DNA of 64,000 bases from an uncultured Verrucomicrobiae bacterium (GTDB taxonomy: Bacteria; Verrucomicrobiota; Verrucomicrobiia; Chthoniobacterales; Chthoniobacteraceae): positions 800,001 through 864,000 of the forward strand of contig CAWIKF010000002.1 of the NCBI GenBank assembly GCA_963836755.1, in the 5' to 3' direction. The position numbers were made by a program, and so were the translations under genes. This document shows positions 1 through 9,683 of the stretch, piece after piece. Each line of letters starts with the position of its first letter. Within the stretch, counting starts at the first letter, position 1. Under the pieces are notes generated by a model. The model ran no database searches. It saw nothing but the letters and a program-made list of their open reading frames with translations, and had not been told where the DNA came from.

Positions 1-1456
1 CGTCGGCACGACGGTCCGGCTCAGGAAATAGCTGGCCATCATCGCGAAGATGACCGCCATTGCCAGCGGCTGGAAAAGGAACTTTGCCGTGCCGCTTAGG
101 AAAAAAATCGGCACAAACACGATGCAAATGCAAAGCGTCGAGACGAAGGCCGGCACGGCGATTTGCTCCGCGCCGTCGAGAATCGCGCGCACCATCGGTT
201 TCCCCATCGCGAGGTTGCGGTGGATGTTTTCAATCTCGACCGTCGCGTCATCCACGAGGATGCCGACGGCGAGCGCGAGACCGCCGAGCGTCATGATATT
301 CAGCGTCTGGCCGAGCGCGCCGAGGAGGATGATCGAGCACAAAATCGAGAGCGGGATCGAGGTGGCGACCACGAGCGTGCTGCGCCAACTGCCGAGGAAA
401 AGCAGGATCATCAGCGCGGTCAGGCAGGCGGCGATGACGCCCTCGCGCAGCACGCCGTTGATGCTCGCGCGGACGAAGACCGATTGGTCGAAAAGTTGCG
501 TGATGTCGAGCGTCGGGGGGAGCGTCGCTTTGACTTTCGGGAGCGCTTCCTTGATACGCTTGATGATGTCGATGCGTCGAGGCGTTGGCGCTTTTCAAAA
601 CGGTCAACAGCGCGCTGCGGACGCCGTTTTGCGAGACGATGTTTGTCTGCACCGCAAAGCCGTCGCGGACATTGGCGACGTCGCGGATGTAAACCATCGC
701 GCCGTTGACCTGCTTGATCGGGAGGTCGTTTAGTTTTTCGAGAACCTCCGGGCTGGAGTTGAGGCGGACGTTGTATTCGCGGTCGCCGATTTTTTCCGTG
801 CCGGCGGGAAGGATGACGTTTTGCGCGTTGAGGGCGTTGCTGACATCGGTTGGGGAAATGTTTTTCGCCGTGAGCTTGTTCGGGTCGAGATCGACCATGA
901 TCTGGCGCGATTTTCCGCCGTAAGGCAGCGGGATCTGCGCGCCCTGCACCGTGGCGAGCTGGGTGCGCACGAAGTTGAGGCCGAGGTCGTAGAGCTGCTG
1001 CTCGGAAAGCGATTTGCTCGAGAGGCCGAGCTGAATGATCGGCACGTTCGACGCGCTGTATTGGATGATGAGCGGCGGCTGTCGTGCCGGGCGGCATCGT
1101 GCGCAAAAGTGTCTGGCAAATGCTGGTGACCTGCGCGACGCCGGCCTCCACTTTCGCTCCTTCGTGGAAGAAAACTTTGATGACGCTGACGCCGTTATAC
1201 GACTGCGACTCGATGTGCTCGATGTCGTTGACCGTCGTGGTCATCGCGCGCTCGCAGACGGTGACGAAACGTTTTTCCATCTCCTCCGGCGCGACGCCCG
1301 AGTAGCTCCAGATCACGCTGACGACCGGGATGTCGATGGACGGGAAAAATGTCCGTCGCCATGCGCGAAGATCGTGACGATGCCCATGATGACGAGCAAA
1401 ATGGCCATCACCGTGAAGGTGTAAGGGCGTCGAAGAGCGAGGCGGACAATCCACAT
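1..1456 (-). CDS. RND-family efflux permease (AcrB-like), N-terminal part, frameshifted, runs off the window
   Basis: ATG at 1456 gives MWIVRLALRRPYTFTVMAILL. ORF pieces 420..1454 (FPSIDIPVVSVIWSYSGVAPEEME, VNDIEHIESQS) and 248..1045 (PIIQLGLSS, PYGGKSRQIMVDLDP, IRDVANVRDG) are consecutive AcrB-type segments in different frames. Confidence 0.85.
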
Positions 1457-1689
1457 GGCGGGTCAGGTCAGAATTTTTACCGGCTGGATTGCAAAAGCGC
1501 GGCGGCCCCGAGAAATGAACGAATCATCAACGGAAAATCAATCGCACAATGTTGGCGTTCCGCTCGGGAAATTTTGCGAATCGCGCGGGGAAATGCTGCG
1601 CCGGATTTTCTTGCGCGGCGGATTCGTTTGCGCAAAGTTACGCCGCAGCCGCGCGGAAGTTTTTCGCAGTCCGCGCTCGCGCCGCGCAC

Positions 1690-1762
1690 GGGGTCTTAGC
1701 TCAGTTGGTAGAGCGCCTCAATGGCATTGAGGAGGTCAGGGGTTCGAACCCCCTAGGCTCCA
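1690..1762 (+). tRNA. tRNA-Ala(GGC)
   Basis: Acceptor stem GGGGTCT/AGGCTCC-A with G3:U70; D-arm AGCTCAGTTGGTAGAGC; anticodon arm CCTCA-AT-GGC-AT-TGAGG; T-loop GGTTCGAACC. 73 nt, CCA not encoded. Confidence 0.97.
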
Positions 1763-3244
1763 TTCCCTTTTTGTTATTTCTTTAGAGGAGGGCAGGTAAC
1801 AGAGATCGATGGAAATCTCGTCTTTCTCGATCACGATTTTGTTTGTGATGCACTCCACGATTCTTCGTTTTTCTTCCCGATCCAAATGGGGCCAACGGGC
1901 TTGCAAATCGTGGGCATCGTTCATCACCTGCTCGCTTGAAAACGTATTGATTTTGAGGAAATCGATTTCGGCTTGGAGCCGTGGCATTTCCTCTTCGAGT
2001 TGTTTTTGACGTTCCTCAAGCGGCTTGAAAAATTTGCCGAACGCCTCGCCGGTGATTTGATTTTTGAGATAGAGTTGATACGTCCGATCAATCTCTTGTC
2101 GGGTTTTCTCCGCCTCCTTTTTGCGCGATTCGAGGAGTCGTTGTTTGTCATCGAGCGTGTCGGCGGCGCGATTGAGGAATGCGTTGATCTCGCCCGGTGA
2201 AATCAAAAAGCCGTTCAATTGCTCGAAAAAAATCCGCTCCAAATCGTCGGTAGGGATTTTGGATCGGCAGGCGCTGCAAACGTATTTTGCACTATTCGTC
2301 GGCACATACATTTTTTCGCCGCATCCGCAAAAAACCAAACCGGCGAAAAGATGAGCCACGCGTTTTGCGGGCCGGTTCACCGGGCGCGAAGACGGTTCGA
2401 GAAGTTGATTGCACTGGTTCCATAGTTCTTCGGAAATGAGCGGTTTCACTTCCGTGAAAACCCATTCGGATTCCGGCTTGAATTCCCATGCAGTGCCATC
2501 GTTCGCACGCCGCGAGTAATTTGTCCGATGAAGCCCCTTGGCGGTCGTATCTTGGATAAGGCGGCCTATCGTCGTTCCACAAAACTTCGCTCCATTGCGC
2601 GTCCGGTAGCCAGCGCGATTGAGATGATTCGCAACGGCCTTTTTCCGACGCAATTCAAGAAAAAGCTCATACATCATTTTGCGGATCGCGCTTTCATCGG
2701 GATGGGGCATAAGTTTTTTGTCCTTCCACTGGTAGCCATAGGGAGCGGCACCGCCGAGCGGCTTACCGAGCTTTGCCCGGATCGGGACCGATGCGATGAC
2801 ACGTTCGGTGATTTCTTCGCGCTCCCATTGCGCCATTGCCGCAATCATCGTGTAAAACAGGCGACCGGCAGGCGTTGAAGTATCAATTGATTCCTGGAGC
2901 GATACCAAGTCGGCATCGCACGAGCGAAAAATGTCGGCGAAATCCAAAAGCTCTCTCGTATTGCGAGCAAGGCGGGCGAGCTTTGAGAATATGAGCGCGC
3001 TAATATGCCCGCCGCGAATGTCCGCAAGCATCCGCTGTGTTTCGGGATGCTGTGACACGAGTTTGCCGCTCACTCCCTCCAAATGGTAAACCTCTATGAC
3101 CGTCCAACCTTTTACCTCGGCGTAATAACGCGCGCGTCGCTCGTGGTGTTCAGGACTCTCCCCTCTCGCTTGGTCTTCCGTCGAAACCCGAATCCAAATT
3201 CCGACGGATTTTTGAATTTCACTACCATTGTGTGAGGTTTTCAT
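1736..3244 (-). CDS. Large serine recombinase (island integrase)
   Basis: Catalytic WIRVSTEDQ, SKLARLARN, STPAGRLFYTMIAAMAQWERE, recombinase domain APYGY, zinc ribbon LFAGLVFCGCG...YVCSAC, then a coiled coil. Confidence 0.93.
   Translation of the reverse strand: MKTSHNGSEIQKSVGIWIRVSTEDQARGESPEHHERRARYYAEVKGWTVIEVYHLEGVSGKLVSQHPETQRMLADIRGGHISALIFSKLARLARNTRELLDFADIFRSCDADLVSLQESIDTSTPAGRLFYTMIAAMAQWEREEITERVIASVPIRAKLGKPLGGAAPYGYQWKDKKLMPHPDESAIRKMMYELFLELRRKKAVANHLNRAGYRTRNGAKFCGTTIGRLIQDTTAKGLHRTNYSRRANDGTAWEFKPESEWVFTEVKPLISEELWNQCNQLLEPSSRPVNRPAKRVAHLFAGLVFCGCGEKMYVPTNSAKYVCSACRSKIPTDDLERIFFEQLNGFLISPGEINAFLNRAADTLDDKQRLLESRKKEAEKTRQEIDRTYQLYLKNQITGEAFGKFFKPLEERQKQLEEEMPRLQAEIDFLKINTFSSEQVMNDAHDLQARWPHLDREEKRRIVECITNKIVIEKDEISIDLCYLPSSKEITKREWSLGGSNP
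1745..1762 (+). repeat. attL core (tRNA 3' end)
   Basis: CGAACCCCCTAGGCTCCA matches 34474-34491 at 16/18 positions; the last 10 bp (CTAGGCTCCA) are identical. Confidence 0.8.
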
Positions 3245-3264
3245 TGCTTGCAGGATTTACTTTT

Positions 3265-3310
3265 ATGTGACACATCAAAAGACAGCACGCAAGCATTATT
3301 TGTGACACAG
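3265..3310. promoter_or_regulatory. Putative operator repeats TGTGACACA between the integrase and the small regulator
   Basis: ATGTGACACAT (3265-3275, near-palindrome) and TTGTGACACAG (3300-3310) lie in the divergent region. Confidence 0.4.
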
Positions 3311-3487
3311 AAAAGAAAACCGGAACGAGGTCGCCCAAAACTGCCCAAAGCAGAATCGCGTTCCGTTTTTATTTCCACCCGACTTTCGCCGGAGGAATAT
3401 CAGGAAATTGCAAAAGCCATCCGCAAGAGCGGTAAGAAAAAGTCGGATTGGCTGCGTGAGGCGCTTTTCGAGAAAGCAAAAGATTAA
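3302..3487 (+). CDS. Small ribbon-helix-helix-like DNA-binding protein
   Basis: RGRPKLP AT-hook-like motif, then ISTRLSPEEYQEIAKAIRKSGKKKSDWLREAL. GTG start chosen inside ORF 3248..3487. Confidence 0.65.
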   Translation: MTQKRKPERGRPKLPKAESRSVFISTRLSPEEYQEIAKAIRKSGKKKSDWLREALFEKAKD

Positions 3488-3594
3488 AGCAGTTCGAATT
3501 GCAGCGAGAATTATTTTGGTTTTTGCTGCTGACTGGAACAGCAAGAGCCAAGCTTTTTCGAAAGTCGTGAGCGCACAGCGAGCCTAAGACGAGG

Positions 3595-4353
3595 CTATCT
3601 CTTCTTACCCTTCGCCTTTGCTACTTTCTTGGGCTTATTAGCGGCTTCTTCGGCGTGTGCGATCGATGATCCCGCTTCAGGCAAAAGGAGTTTGTGAAAA
3701 TGCTCCAAATTTTTCTGTGTCACCCATTCGTGGATTTGGGCGTCTTTGAGAAAGTGTCCACCGTATAACGAGACGAAAACACTTAGACCGAAGGACACGA
3801 AGTCATTCGCCGACAAGACAAATGAGGGCTGGTCCTCCGGGATTGCGGCGAGGTCACTCTCCGGACCATTCAAGGCTATTCCATTCCGTCCAAAAGTCCG
3901 AATCGGCTGCGCATGGAAAAACGAGTGCCGTGCTTGATCATCAGAGAGCTTTTTGGCTGGCAGACCTTCAGGGGTTTCGAATCGGTAGCCGAGGTAACGA
4001 AGTCCCGAAGAAACACGAAAGCCGAGAGCCACTTGGATACTGATTTTCGGGACAGGAATCGTTTTGCACGTTAAGTCTGCGGAAAAGGTTATTACCGGTT
4101 GGAGTTTCACTCCCTTATGGATTGGATTTAGCAAGAGAAAGCGTTCTGTATCTGCCAAGTCAGTATGTTTGTTTTCCCCCGAGGGAATATATTTCCGGAA
4201 AGTCTGTTGCTCAATTCGTGGAAATCGTTCCGAAACCTCAGTTAGTAGAGATTTCTCCTCCCCCGAAAGATTGTCCACCAACGCTTTGTGCGTTTTTTCT
4301 ACCCCTTCCAACAAATTGCCAAACCCTGTCACTTCTTCCCAGTTTAAATTCAT
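3595..4353 (-). CDS. Hypothetical protein, last gene of the kinase-receiver cluster
   Basis: 252 aa ORF starting 6 bp after the receiver gene; motif GYRFETPEG...HSFFHAQP. Confidence 0.75.
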   Translation of the reverse strand: MNLNWEEVTGFGNLLEGVEKTHKALVDNLSGEEKSLLTEVSERFPRIEQQTFRKYIPSGENKHTDLADTERFLLLNPIHKGVKLQPVITFSADLTCKTIPVPKISIQVALGFRVSSGLRYLGYRFETPEGLPAKKLSDDQARHSFFHAQPIRTFGRNGIALNGPESDLAAIPEDQPSFVLSANDFVSFGLSVFVSLYGGHFLKDAQIHEWVTQKNLEHFHKLLLPEAGSSIAHAEEAANKPKKVAKAKGKKR

Positions 4354-4359
4354 CCGATT

Positions 4360-5601
4360 TTAAAGGGCGAGCTTCATCTCGGGTGAATAATCGACTCCGT
4401 CGAGTCTTTTGATGAACCGCCTTGCATAAGTTCCAGGGGTGTCCGCCGAGAATTCGTGACATTCTTTATTTAGCACGAACGCCGAAACATCTTCACAGAA
4501 TCGAGAATCTAATTCTGCTTTTTTCCATGGTTCTTTGACCTCGATGATCTCATTACGTGAACGAACTTCGTCCCAAAACCATGCGGGGCGTGACAACCAA
4601 TCCACGGCTTTGTAACGGCAGTCTTTGATGTGCCGTTCATCTATTGAGATGTCTGCTGGATGGCCGAGTTGGCAGGTTGAATTTAAATCCTTCCGGGTTG
4701 GTTTGGGCTTTCCCTTGAGGAGGCTCGGAAACCGGCCAATGAGATGTGGTGCGTCTACCAAGATCCCTTGACCGCCAAGAACCAAACGCTCCAGCCATTT
4801 TCCAACTCGCGCGGAGGCAATTCGCGGAGCGTATGGATTGTTTGTTCCCTTCTGATCCTTCACTTCGAGACCATGCTGTGACTTCATCAAAAAGTCGGCG
4901 AAGGTCACTTTCGCTACGTCCTCCACCTTCTTACTCCAAGGCGCCAACCATTGCAGGACTTCGATTGGCATGACGCTCGGCAGTTTGTGCGGTAACTCAA
5001 GGTGATCGAAAATAGATACTTCAAGACCAACCTTGGCGAGTTTTGTAATGCGCCGTTCGAAACAGTCGATTGCATCTGGCATGAGTGGCCAATGCCAAGG
5101 GCGATAGCCATTCCACTCGTTCATCCAGAGTCCACGATTAAGAAGTTCTTTGAATCCAAGGTTGAGGTCTGCAAAAGAGCGGGGATGCCCGCAGAGGGTC
5201 AGGTCAAATAAGGGTTGGCCGGCCACGTTAAATTGATTCAAGGCGATGATGAGACCGCATTCGCTAAAACAGCGAGCGAGATAGGCTACGCGTTCTCCGG
5301 TCGGCACTCCTCCTTTGGAATCGAGCAAGTTGGCAAGATCGTAGTCAACGACCAAGATATCGGCGGGGTCAAAAATCTGCGAACGATCCTTCGGTAGATG
5401 GGCATTCTCGCGAATCGCTCGTTGACGTCCCTCAAGAACTTGCAGATCGCAAATGAACTCCGACGGTAGACACGGTATGACTTCGAAGGCTTGCTTAACC
5501 GGAGGAAGCTTTTCAAGTTGCTCTTTCAGACGAGTGGTAAAGTTCCCTTCATCGTCGAGAATGAATATTTTTCTTTTTTTGGATGGTAGTTTCTTAGTCA
5601 T
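4360..5601 (-). CDS. Receiver (REC)-like domain protein with long uncharacterised C-terminus
   Basis: KIFILDDE acidic pocket and DILVVDYDL phosphoacceptor strand; lies directly downstream of the kinase. Confidence 0.75.
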   Translation of the reverse strand: MTKKLPSKKRKIFILDDEGNFTTRLKEQLEKLPPVKQAFEVIPCLPSEFICDLQVLEGRQRAIRENAHLPKDRSQIFDPADILVVDYDLANLLDSKGGVPTGERVAYLARCFSECGLIIALNQFNVAGQPLFDLTLCGHPRSFADLNLGFKELLNRGLWMNEWNGYRPWHWPLMPDAIDCFERRITKLAKVGLEVSIFDHLELPHKLPSVMPIEVLQWLAPWSKKVEDVAKVTFADFLMKSQHGLEVKDQKGTNNPYAPRIASARVGKWLERLVLGGQGILVDAPHLIGRFPSLLKGKPKPTRKDLNSTCQLGHPADISIDERHIKDCRYKAVDWLSRPAWFWDEVRSRNEIIEVKEPWKKAELDSRFCEDVSAFVLNKECHEFSADTPGTYARRFIKRLDGVDYSPEMKLAL

Positions 5602-5641
5602 TGGTGGCGCTCCATTGCATACAAATGCTGTCTTGAATTGA

Positions 5642-7855
5642 TTAAGCGACGCGATCTTCCGTGCTAGTCCAGCTCAAACGGAAAGCAGTTTTGAATCCCG
5701 GTTCAGGCTCGATGAAAGCGACCTTACAGCCGAGGTTGACAGCCAGCATTCGCACAATGGTCAGCCCCAACCCCATTCCGCCGTAGCCCATTTCTTCACG
5801 GTCGCGAGAGAGTTTTAGTTTGCGAACAAACGGCGTGAACAGCTCGTCGGCCGATTTAAGGTTTACGCCAATCCCTGTGTCCTGCACGAGGAGTGAAATG
5901 GTCTTGCCACTGATACGCGATGATACTTTGATCTCGCGCGTCGCACTTTCGAGCATCGCGTTGGCAGCGTTCAGAAACACGTTTTGGAGGATGGCGCTCC
6001 ACTCGGCAAATGCTCCGAACGGAAGACGCAATTCTGGATCTACCTCTTCAGAATCAACAGGAATTCCACGCAATAGCAGCGAGGTTTGACGCTTCACGGA
6101 TTCCACGACTACTCTGGCCCTCAGTGGAGCGCGTCTATCCCTGTTGTCTCGGTCGGAGACGTTCAGAAACAGGGCACGAAGGCTCCTAGCCATATCTAGC
6201 CATTCCGAGAGCCCGCCAACAATCTGGGCAAGCTTAGATTGAGCTTTGGGTTCTCGAACATCAAGTTCTCCAAGATCCTCCACGTGTGCTTCGAGCTGCC
6301 GAAACTGCTTATTGAGTTCGTGTTGGAATGCCAGCGCCGAGATGCCGGCGGTAGCAAGGGTGCCAAGCAGGTTAGATTGGCTTAGACGTTCTTCGGTTTC
6401 CTCGTCCACGGCCATAACGGCCTCGCGCACATTCTTCTGTAGTTCTCGGTAAGCTTTTGGTTCCAGTTGATCTTTGACTACCTCGATCAACTGTTCGACG
6501 CGCTCGAACTTTTCTCGCGCCGGTTCGGAGAACGCCGTGAGTTTCTTTTCCTCGAAAACACGAAGCTTTTCCCGAGTCGCATAGAATTCCACCGCCCAAC
6601 GGACGATCTTATAGACACTTTCGTAGGCCAAATTCTCGACAAGACGATCTCTGGTAATTTGTATTTGAAGATGCTCGTTCTCAACCGTGTGACCGCGCAG
6701 GTGAGCGCTCTCCCGTTCGAAACCTGTATCGAGATTCACCACGCCAAGCATTCGAGATTTTGTCGGAAGATATTCCATTCCTCCTGAAACCTGAAGTTCT
6801 TCAGGTAGCAAATCCGCCCGCGATAGGCGATGTGCGTGAGACATTTCCACGCCGAGCCAATCATGCGCATTGCCGTAGTAAGGAAGGCGAAACCCGGCGT
6901 CATAAATATGAACGCCGCCATACTCGTTTAAATACTCACGCGCATCGTCAACCGGTATACCCATTTTTTGTCGATGAACTAAATGATAGATACGAATCTC
7001 AAACGAGATCGATTCGATGGCACAATTTTTCTGTTCATACTTCTGTAAGACGGTTTGCCCGTCGTCCCACTCAATACTGATTTGAATTTCTGCAGTTCCA
7101 TCCGCTCGTTTTCTCTCCAATTGACCGACGATCTGTGCGTAGTGGAGCCGAGTGATCGCTCCCATGAGCGTTTCGAAGCGGGCTTGCGCCACAGAATCGC
7201 CAGTCTGGAAATCGACGTGAAAAGCTTTCTGGCGGTCAGTCTCAAGTCGTGGGTTGGGGCGAAAGGGTGGCTGAAGAACCCATATTTCCTTGGCGAGGGC
7301 AGCGACCTCATCCGCCGCCCAATGTTGCTTTAATCGGGCGAGGATGATGCGTGTCCCGTGTTTTGAGTTGCCAGGATAGAGGTTTCTTCTCGGGCGAGAA
7401 TCGCAATCGACTGTGGCTTGAGTCAGGTCGCCTGCGTTGTTCGCTTCATCCCAATTCACCTTTCCCACAAACTCGCGCTCGTCATCGGATTCTGCGACCG
7501 TATGGATGTCTAAATCGTGAGCAAGAAATTGTCCGGCAAGCCGTCCAACACCTTTCGATCCCGTCAACGGTCGCCTCAGATTCCGTGATACGGATTGACG
7601 AATCTTATGCGGCGACCCGATACGCATCCAAAAATCGTCAAACTCTTTTCCTGTCATTCCGTGCCCATTATCCGCCACTTCAACAAGATCTTCGTCGATC
7701 TTAATTGTAACATTTGTCGCGTCGGCGTCGTAAGCGTTTTTTACGAGTTCTGCGAGGGCAATGTGAGGTTTCCCAACAAGGCGTTCGCCGAGTTCTCGAA
7801 GAAGAGCGGAATCAACTTTGAACTTTAATTGCTGCACCAATACTGAAATTGCCAA
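5642..7855 (-). CDS. GHKL/MORC-type ATPase fused to a histidine kinase
   Basis: N-terminal ELVKNAYDADA, DNGHGM, GSKGVGRLA, GTRI. C-terminal H-box AFQHEL, N-box NVFLNAANA, DTGIG, LFTPF, GMGLGL. Confidence 0.88.
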   Translation of the reverse strand: MAISVLVQQLKFKVDSALLRELGERLVGKPHIALAELVKNAYDADATNVTIKIDEDLVEVADNGHGMTGKEFDDFWMRIGSPHKIRQSVSRNLRRPLTGSKGVGRLAGQFLAHDLDIHTVAESDDEREFVGKVNWDEANNAGDLTQATVDCDSRPRRNLYPGNSKHGTRIILARLKQHWAADEVAALAKEIWVLQPPFRPNPRLETDRQKAFHVDFQTGDSVAQARFETLMGAITRLHYAQIVGQLERKRADGTAEIQISIEWDDGQTVLQKYEQKNCAIESISFEIRIYHLVHRQKMGIPVDDAREYLNEYGGVHIYDAGFRLPYYGNAHDWLGVEMSHAHRLSRADLLPEELQVSGGMEYLPTKSRMLGVVNLDTGFERESAHLRGHTVENEHLQIQITRDRLVENLAYESVYKIVRWAVEFYATREKLRVFEEKKLTAFSEPAREKFERVEQLIEVVKDQLEPKAYRELQKNVREAVMAVDEETEERLSQSNLLGTLATAGISALAFQHELNKQFRQLEAHVEDLGELDVREPKAQSKLAQIVGGLSEWLDMARSLRALFLNVSDRDNRDRRAPLRARVVVESVKRQTSLLLRGIPVDSEEVDPELRLPFGAFAEWSAILQNVFLNAANAMLESATREIKVSSRISGKTISLLVQDTGIGVNLKSADELFTPFVRKLKLSRDREEMGYGGMGLGLTIVRMLAVNLGCKVAFIEPEPGFKTAFRLSWTSTEDRVA

Positions 7856-7885
7856 TCATTAATCGATTCGTCGAACTTTTATCTC

Positions 7886-8347
7886 ATGTCTCATAACCAA
7901 TCCGCTCGGCCAGTTGCATCGTCGCCCGAAGTTCGACGCAGGATGCAACGGGTGCGCCAGCGAGATACAGATATTGAACTGGCACTTCGCTCGACGCTGC
8001 ATCGCATGGGTTTACGCTTCCGTGTTCAACGCCAATTGTTACCGGCTTTTCGTCGAAAGGCCGACATAGTCTTCGTGAAAGCACGTGTTGTTGTCTTTGT
8101 GGATGGCTGTTTCTGGCATGGTTGCCCTCGACACGGAACACAGCCCAAGATCAATAGGATTTGGTGGTGCAAAAAAATCGCTGCGAATGTGCAACGTGAT
8201 CGCGACACGGACAAGAAACTCAAGGCTGCCAAGTGGTGTGTTATCCGCGTTTGGGAACACGAATCGACTGGCGCCGCCGCTCAACGGGTGCTCGTTGCTG
8301 TTAGCAACCGCAGCGAGCAGATGTCTTCAAGGAACTCATCCTTGTGA
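7886..8347 (+). CDS. vsr: Very short patch repair endonuclease
   Basis: RRRMQRVRQRDTDIE, ADIVF, VFVDGCFWHGCP, WCKKIAANVQRD, IRVWEHE. Confidence 0.93.
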   Translation: MSHNQSARPVASSPEVRRRMQRVRQRDTDIELALRSTLHRMGLRFRVQRQLLPAFRRKADIVFVKARVVVFVDGCFWHGCPRHGTQPKINRIWWCKKIAANVQRDRDTDKKLKAAKWCVIRVWEHESTGAAAQRVLVAVSNRSEQMSSRNSSL

Positions 8348-9497
8348 CATGAGCTTCCAATGTCGTGAGCAAAATGGGCGCTGGTTTCAACTGACTCTTC
8401 AGAAGGCGTTGGAATACGCCCATTGTGGCCCTGTAGGAAAGTGGAGTCGGTTTGAATCTGAGGAATTCATGCAGTGGCCGAAATTTTCTCTCCACAGGGA
8501 AATTCCCAACCGATGCGATGTAGCGCTTTCCATCCCGACCATAAGCCGCGTTCGGCCAAGGTGGTGTGCAGAGTGGTTTTAGATTTTCGTCTGTGAATCG
8601 GCCGGGATTCGCAAGGCGGCGTCCAAGCCATTCGGTAACCCGCACGTTGACTGCGTTACCCACAAGACGCCACCTACTGCGATGATTTCCCGCTTTCGCT
8701 GCGGGGGCTGTCCAAAACTCCGGGAATCCCTGCAAGCGCTCTGCGTCACAAAGATGAGGTGTCGCGATCCCTCCACTGGGCAGGATCATGGCCGGAGCCG
8801 ATGGGATGCCAAGCCCAGATCCCCCTTTAAGCGCCGGGATGGCGTCGCACGCCCAGCCAATACCACGATTGCCTTCAGTCCAATAGAAGCCGAATGAAGA
8901 AGCAGCAACATCATCGATATCAGTCTGATTGCTATCATCCGCTAGAAGCACATCGCACGGGTCGAGTGTCTTGCTGCCAAAAAGGAAGACTCGAGGGCGG
9001 CGTTGCGGCAGACCAAATGCCTGCGCGTCAACGATGCGATATGCCCAGTCGTATTCCAGCTGTTCGAGCTGATCAACGAGGGATTCGATGGCGATGCCTC
9101 GATTGAGACGGAGCATAAAAGGAACATTTTCGAAAAGCACATTCGCAGGCTTTGATTTTCGAATCAAACGGAAGACTTCCCACACCAATCCTGAATTTGT
9201 CCCCCAAATTCCCGCTGTCCGCCCAGCCTGACTCAGATCTTGGCACGGAAATCCAGCTGTTATCAAGGAAACGCCTTGTGGAATGGAACGCAAAGCGCAG
9301 ACATCACTTTCAAGACGTAATTCCGGAAATCGCGTTCGTAGAACGGTTGTTGCTTCTGGGTTGTTTTCGCACGCAAGAACTAAGTTGTGCCCGGCGCGAC
9401 GCAGCCCCAGTTCAAAGCCCCCAATGCCCGAAAATATACTGGCAACATACAAACCTGAATTTTTTGGTTTGATTCGTGGACGAATGTGCTGGGGCAT
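8301..9497 (-). CDS. DNA cytosine-5 methyltransferase (Dcm family)
   Basis: Motif I FSGIGG, IV AGFPCQDLS, VI FENVP, VIII PQRRPRVF, IX ERLQGFP, X GNAV. Start uncertain; the ORF extends to 9611. Confidence 0.93.
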   Translation of the reverse strand: MPQHIRPRIKPKNSGLYVASIFSGIGGFELGLRRAGHNLVLACENNPEATTVLRTRFPELRLESDVCALRSIPQGVSLITAGFPCQDLSQAGRTAGIWGTNSGLVWEVFRLIRKSKPANVLFENVPFMLRLNRGIAIESLVDQLEQLEYDWAYRIVDAQAFGLPQRRPRVFLFGSKTLDPCDVLLADDSNQTDIDDVAASSFGFYWTEGNRGIGWACDAIPALKGGSGLGIPSAPAMILPSGGIATPHLCDAERLQGFPEFWTAPAAKAGNHRSRWRLVGNAVNVRVTEWLGRRLANPGRFTDENLKPLCTPPWPNAAYGRDGKRYIASVGNFPVERKFRPLHEFLRFKPTPLSYRATMGVFQRLLKSQLKPAPILLTTLEAHVTRMSSLKTSARCGC

Positions 9498-9683
9498 TTC
9501 ATGGGTGTTTAATGCCCAGTTGCACAAAACTCGAGAGAAATCTTGATTCCATAATTCCCATTCGAGTTCGTGAATATTTCTAACAACCGATCGACATTCA
9601 CAAGCTTCCAAAATCTATGCTGATACGCAGCATATTATCTGCTCTTCCTCGCCACTTAGTTCGTGTTCTAGTATCAATTTACT

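Noticed and set aside
1..1456. Programmed frameshifting or pseudogenisation of the RND gene (also NCS1 and mmsA)
   Set aside because: Indels are scattered across unrelated host genes, including gatC, with no in-frame stops noticed; assembly error is the simpler explanation.
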